A DNA stretch of 64,000 nucleotides from Candidatus Eiseniibacteriota bacterium. GTDB taxonomy: Bacteria > Eisenbacteria > RBG-16-71-46. Of the stretch, positions 62,868 to 64,000 are shown in pieces; position 1 is the stretch's first letter, and every line of letters starts with the position of its first letter. Both the position numbers and the translations under genes were made by a program. The stretch spans positions 256,001-320,000 of the forward strand of contig OY970178.1 in NCBI GenBank assembly GCA_963707915.1, read 5' to 3'. Below the pieces are notes generated by a model that was given only the letters and a program-made list of their open reading frames with translations, searched no databases and was not told where the DNA came from.

Positions 62868-64000
62868 ATGAACCAGGACCCGTCGACGCAGGAGCACCAG
62901 GACTTCATCCGGGAGATCGTCCAGCAGGACCTGGCCGAGGGCCGCTGCCGCGGCGTGGTGACGCGCTTCCCGCCCGAGCCCAACGGCTATCTCCACATCG
63001 GGCACGCCAAGTCCATCTGCCTGAACTTCGGCATCGCGCGGCAGTTCGGCGGCCAGTGCAACCTGCGCATGGACGACACCAACCCGACCAAGGAGGACGT
63101 CGAGTACGTCGACTCCATCACGGCGGACGTGAAGTGGCTCATCGCCGGCTGGGCCGACCACTGCCTGGGCCTCAAACCGGCCGGGCGGACGGCCGAGCCC
63201 CGCGCCGTGGGGGGCCGGGACGACTTCTACCTCGCGCCGGTCATGCCGGGGCAGGGTCGCGGCGAGGCGCTCGAGCCGTTCTACGCGTCGGACTACTTCG
63301 GACCGCTCTACGAGTACGCGCTCGAGTTGATCCGCCGGGGCAAGGCCTTCGTCTGCGACCACACCGCGGAGGAGGTCGACCTGATGCGCGGCGCCCCCGA
63401 CCGGCCGGCGCAGGCGAGCGCCTACCGTGACCGTGCGGTGGCGGAGAACCTCGACCGCTTCCGGCGCATGCGCGCCGGCGAGTTCCCGGACGGCGCCTGC
63501 ACGCTGCGCGCGAAGATCGACCTGCTCGCGCCCAACGTCTGGCTGCGCGACCCCGTGCTCTACCGCATCCGCCACGCGTCGCACCATCACACCGGCGACC
63601 AGTGGTGCATCTACCCGATGTACGACTTCGCCCACGGCCTGAGCGACTACATCGAGGGCATCACCCACAGCATCTGCACCCTCGAGTTCGAGGTGCATCG
63701 CCCGCTGTACGACTGGATCCTCGAGGCGCTCGACTTGCCGCGGCCGCAACCGCACCAGTACGAGTTCGCCCGGCTCAACGTGACCTATACCGTGATGAGC
63801 AAGCGCAAGCTGCTGCGGCTCGTGCAGGAGGGGCAGGTGGGGGGCTGGGACGACCCGCGCATGCCGACCATCTCGGGCATGCGGCGGCGTGGCTACCCGG
63901 CCGAGGCGATCCGCGCGTTCTGCGAGCGCATCGGGGTCGCGAAGCGCGAGAACATGGTCGAACTGGGGCTGCTCGAGCACTTCGTGCGCGAGGACCTCAA
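62868..64000 (+). CDS. glnS: Glutaminyl-tRNA synthetase (partial, runs off window)
   Basis: [67 protein letters not shown]. Confidence 0.96.
   Translation, partial: MNQDPSTQEHQDFIREIVQQDLAEGRCRGVVTRFPPEPNGYLHIGHAKSICLNFGIARQFGGQCNLRMDDTNPTKEDVEYVDSITADVKWLIAGWADHCLGLKPAGRTAEPRAVGGRDDFYLAPVMPGQGRGEALEPFYASDYFGPLYEYALELIRRGKAFVCDHTAEEVDLMRGAPDRPAQASAYRDRAVAENLDRFRRMRAGEFPDGACTLRAKIDLLAPNVWLRDPVLYRIRHASHHHTGDQWCIYPMYDFAHGLSDYIEGITHSICTLEFEVHRPLYDWILEALDLPRPQPHQYEFARLNVTYTVMSKRKLLRLVQEGQVGGWDDPRMPTISGMRRRGYPAEAIRAFCERIGVAKRENMVELGLLEHFVREDL

Noticed and set aside
61119..63980. 953-aa minus-strand ORF
   Set aside because: Antisense shadow of the C25 gene and glnS

Overview
Very GC-rich bacterial window. 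Many secreted proteins end in an FlgD-Ig/T9SS-like C-terminal domain (CTD), and there is a PorV-like barrel, a GWxTD protein and a C25 gingipain-like protease, which points to an FCB-superphylum relative such as Ca. Eisenbacteria (inference). Left to right: a lower-GC secreted-protein/small-membrane-protein pair; a frameshifted IS110 (IS1111-type) element with subterminal inverted repeats and a long structured 3' non-coding end; a CTD protein; sucA-sucB-lpdA; a DUF4114-like protein; dedA; a ~30 kb alpha-glucan (starch/glycogen/pullulan) utilisation locus (13.3-43.9 kb); a PEP-synthase-like regulator with a disrupted gdhA; housekeeping genes; and partial glnS. The alpha-glucan locus has no SusC/SusD, TonB receptor, LamB or regulator in view. 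Instead it combines CTD-tagged GH57/GH13 enzymes, a coupled cargo/PorV-like pair, two tandem unfamiliar beta-barrels (one fused to CBM48), CBM48 lipoproteins (one with a LolA fold), a periplasmic GH13 and MalEFGK. Three unrelated secreted proteins share a short C-terminal tail [ST][WF]GxxKxxY, a candidate second sorting signal. Several frame disruptions may be sequencing errors. Domain calls come from motif recognition by eye, not database searches.
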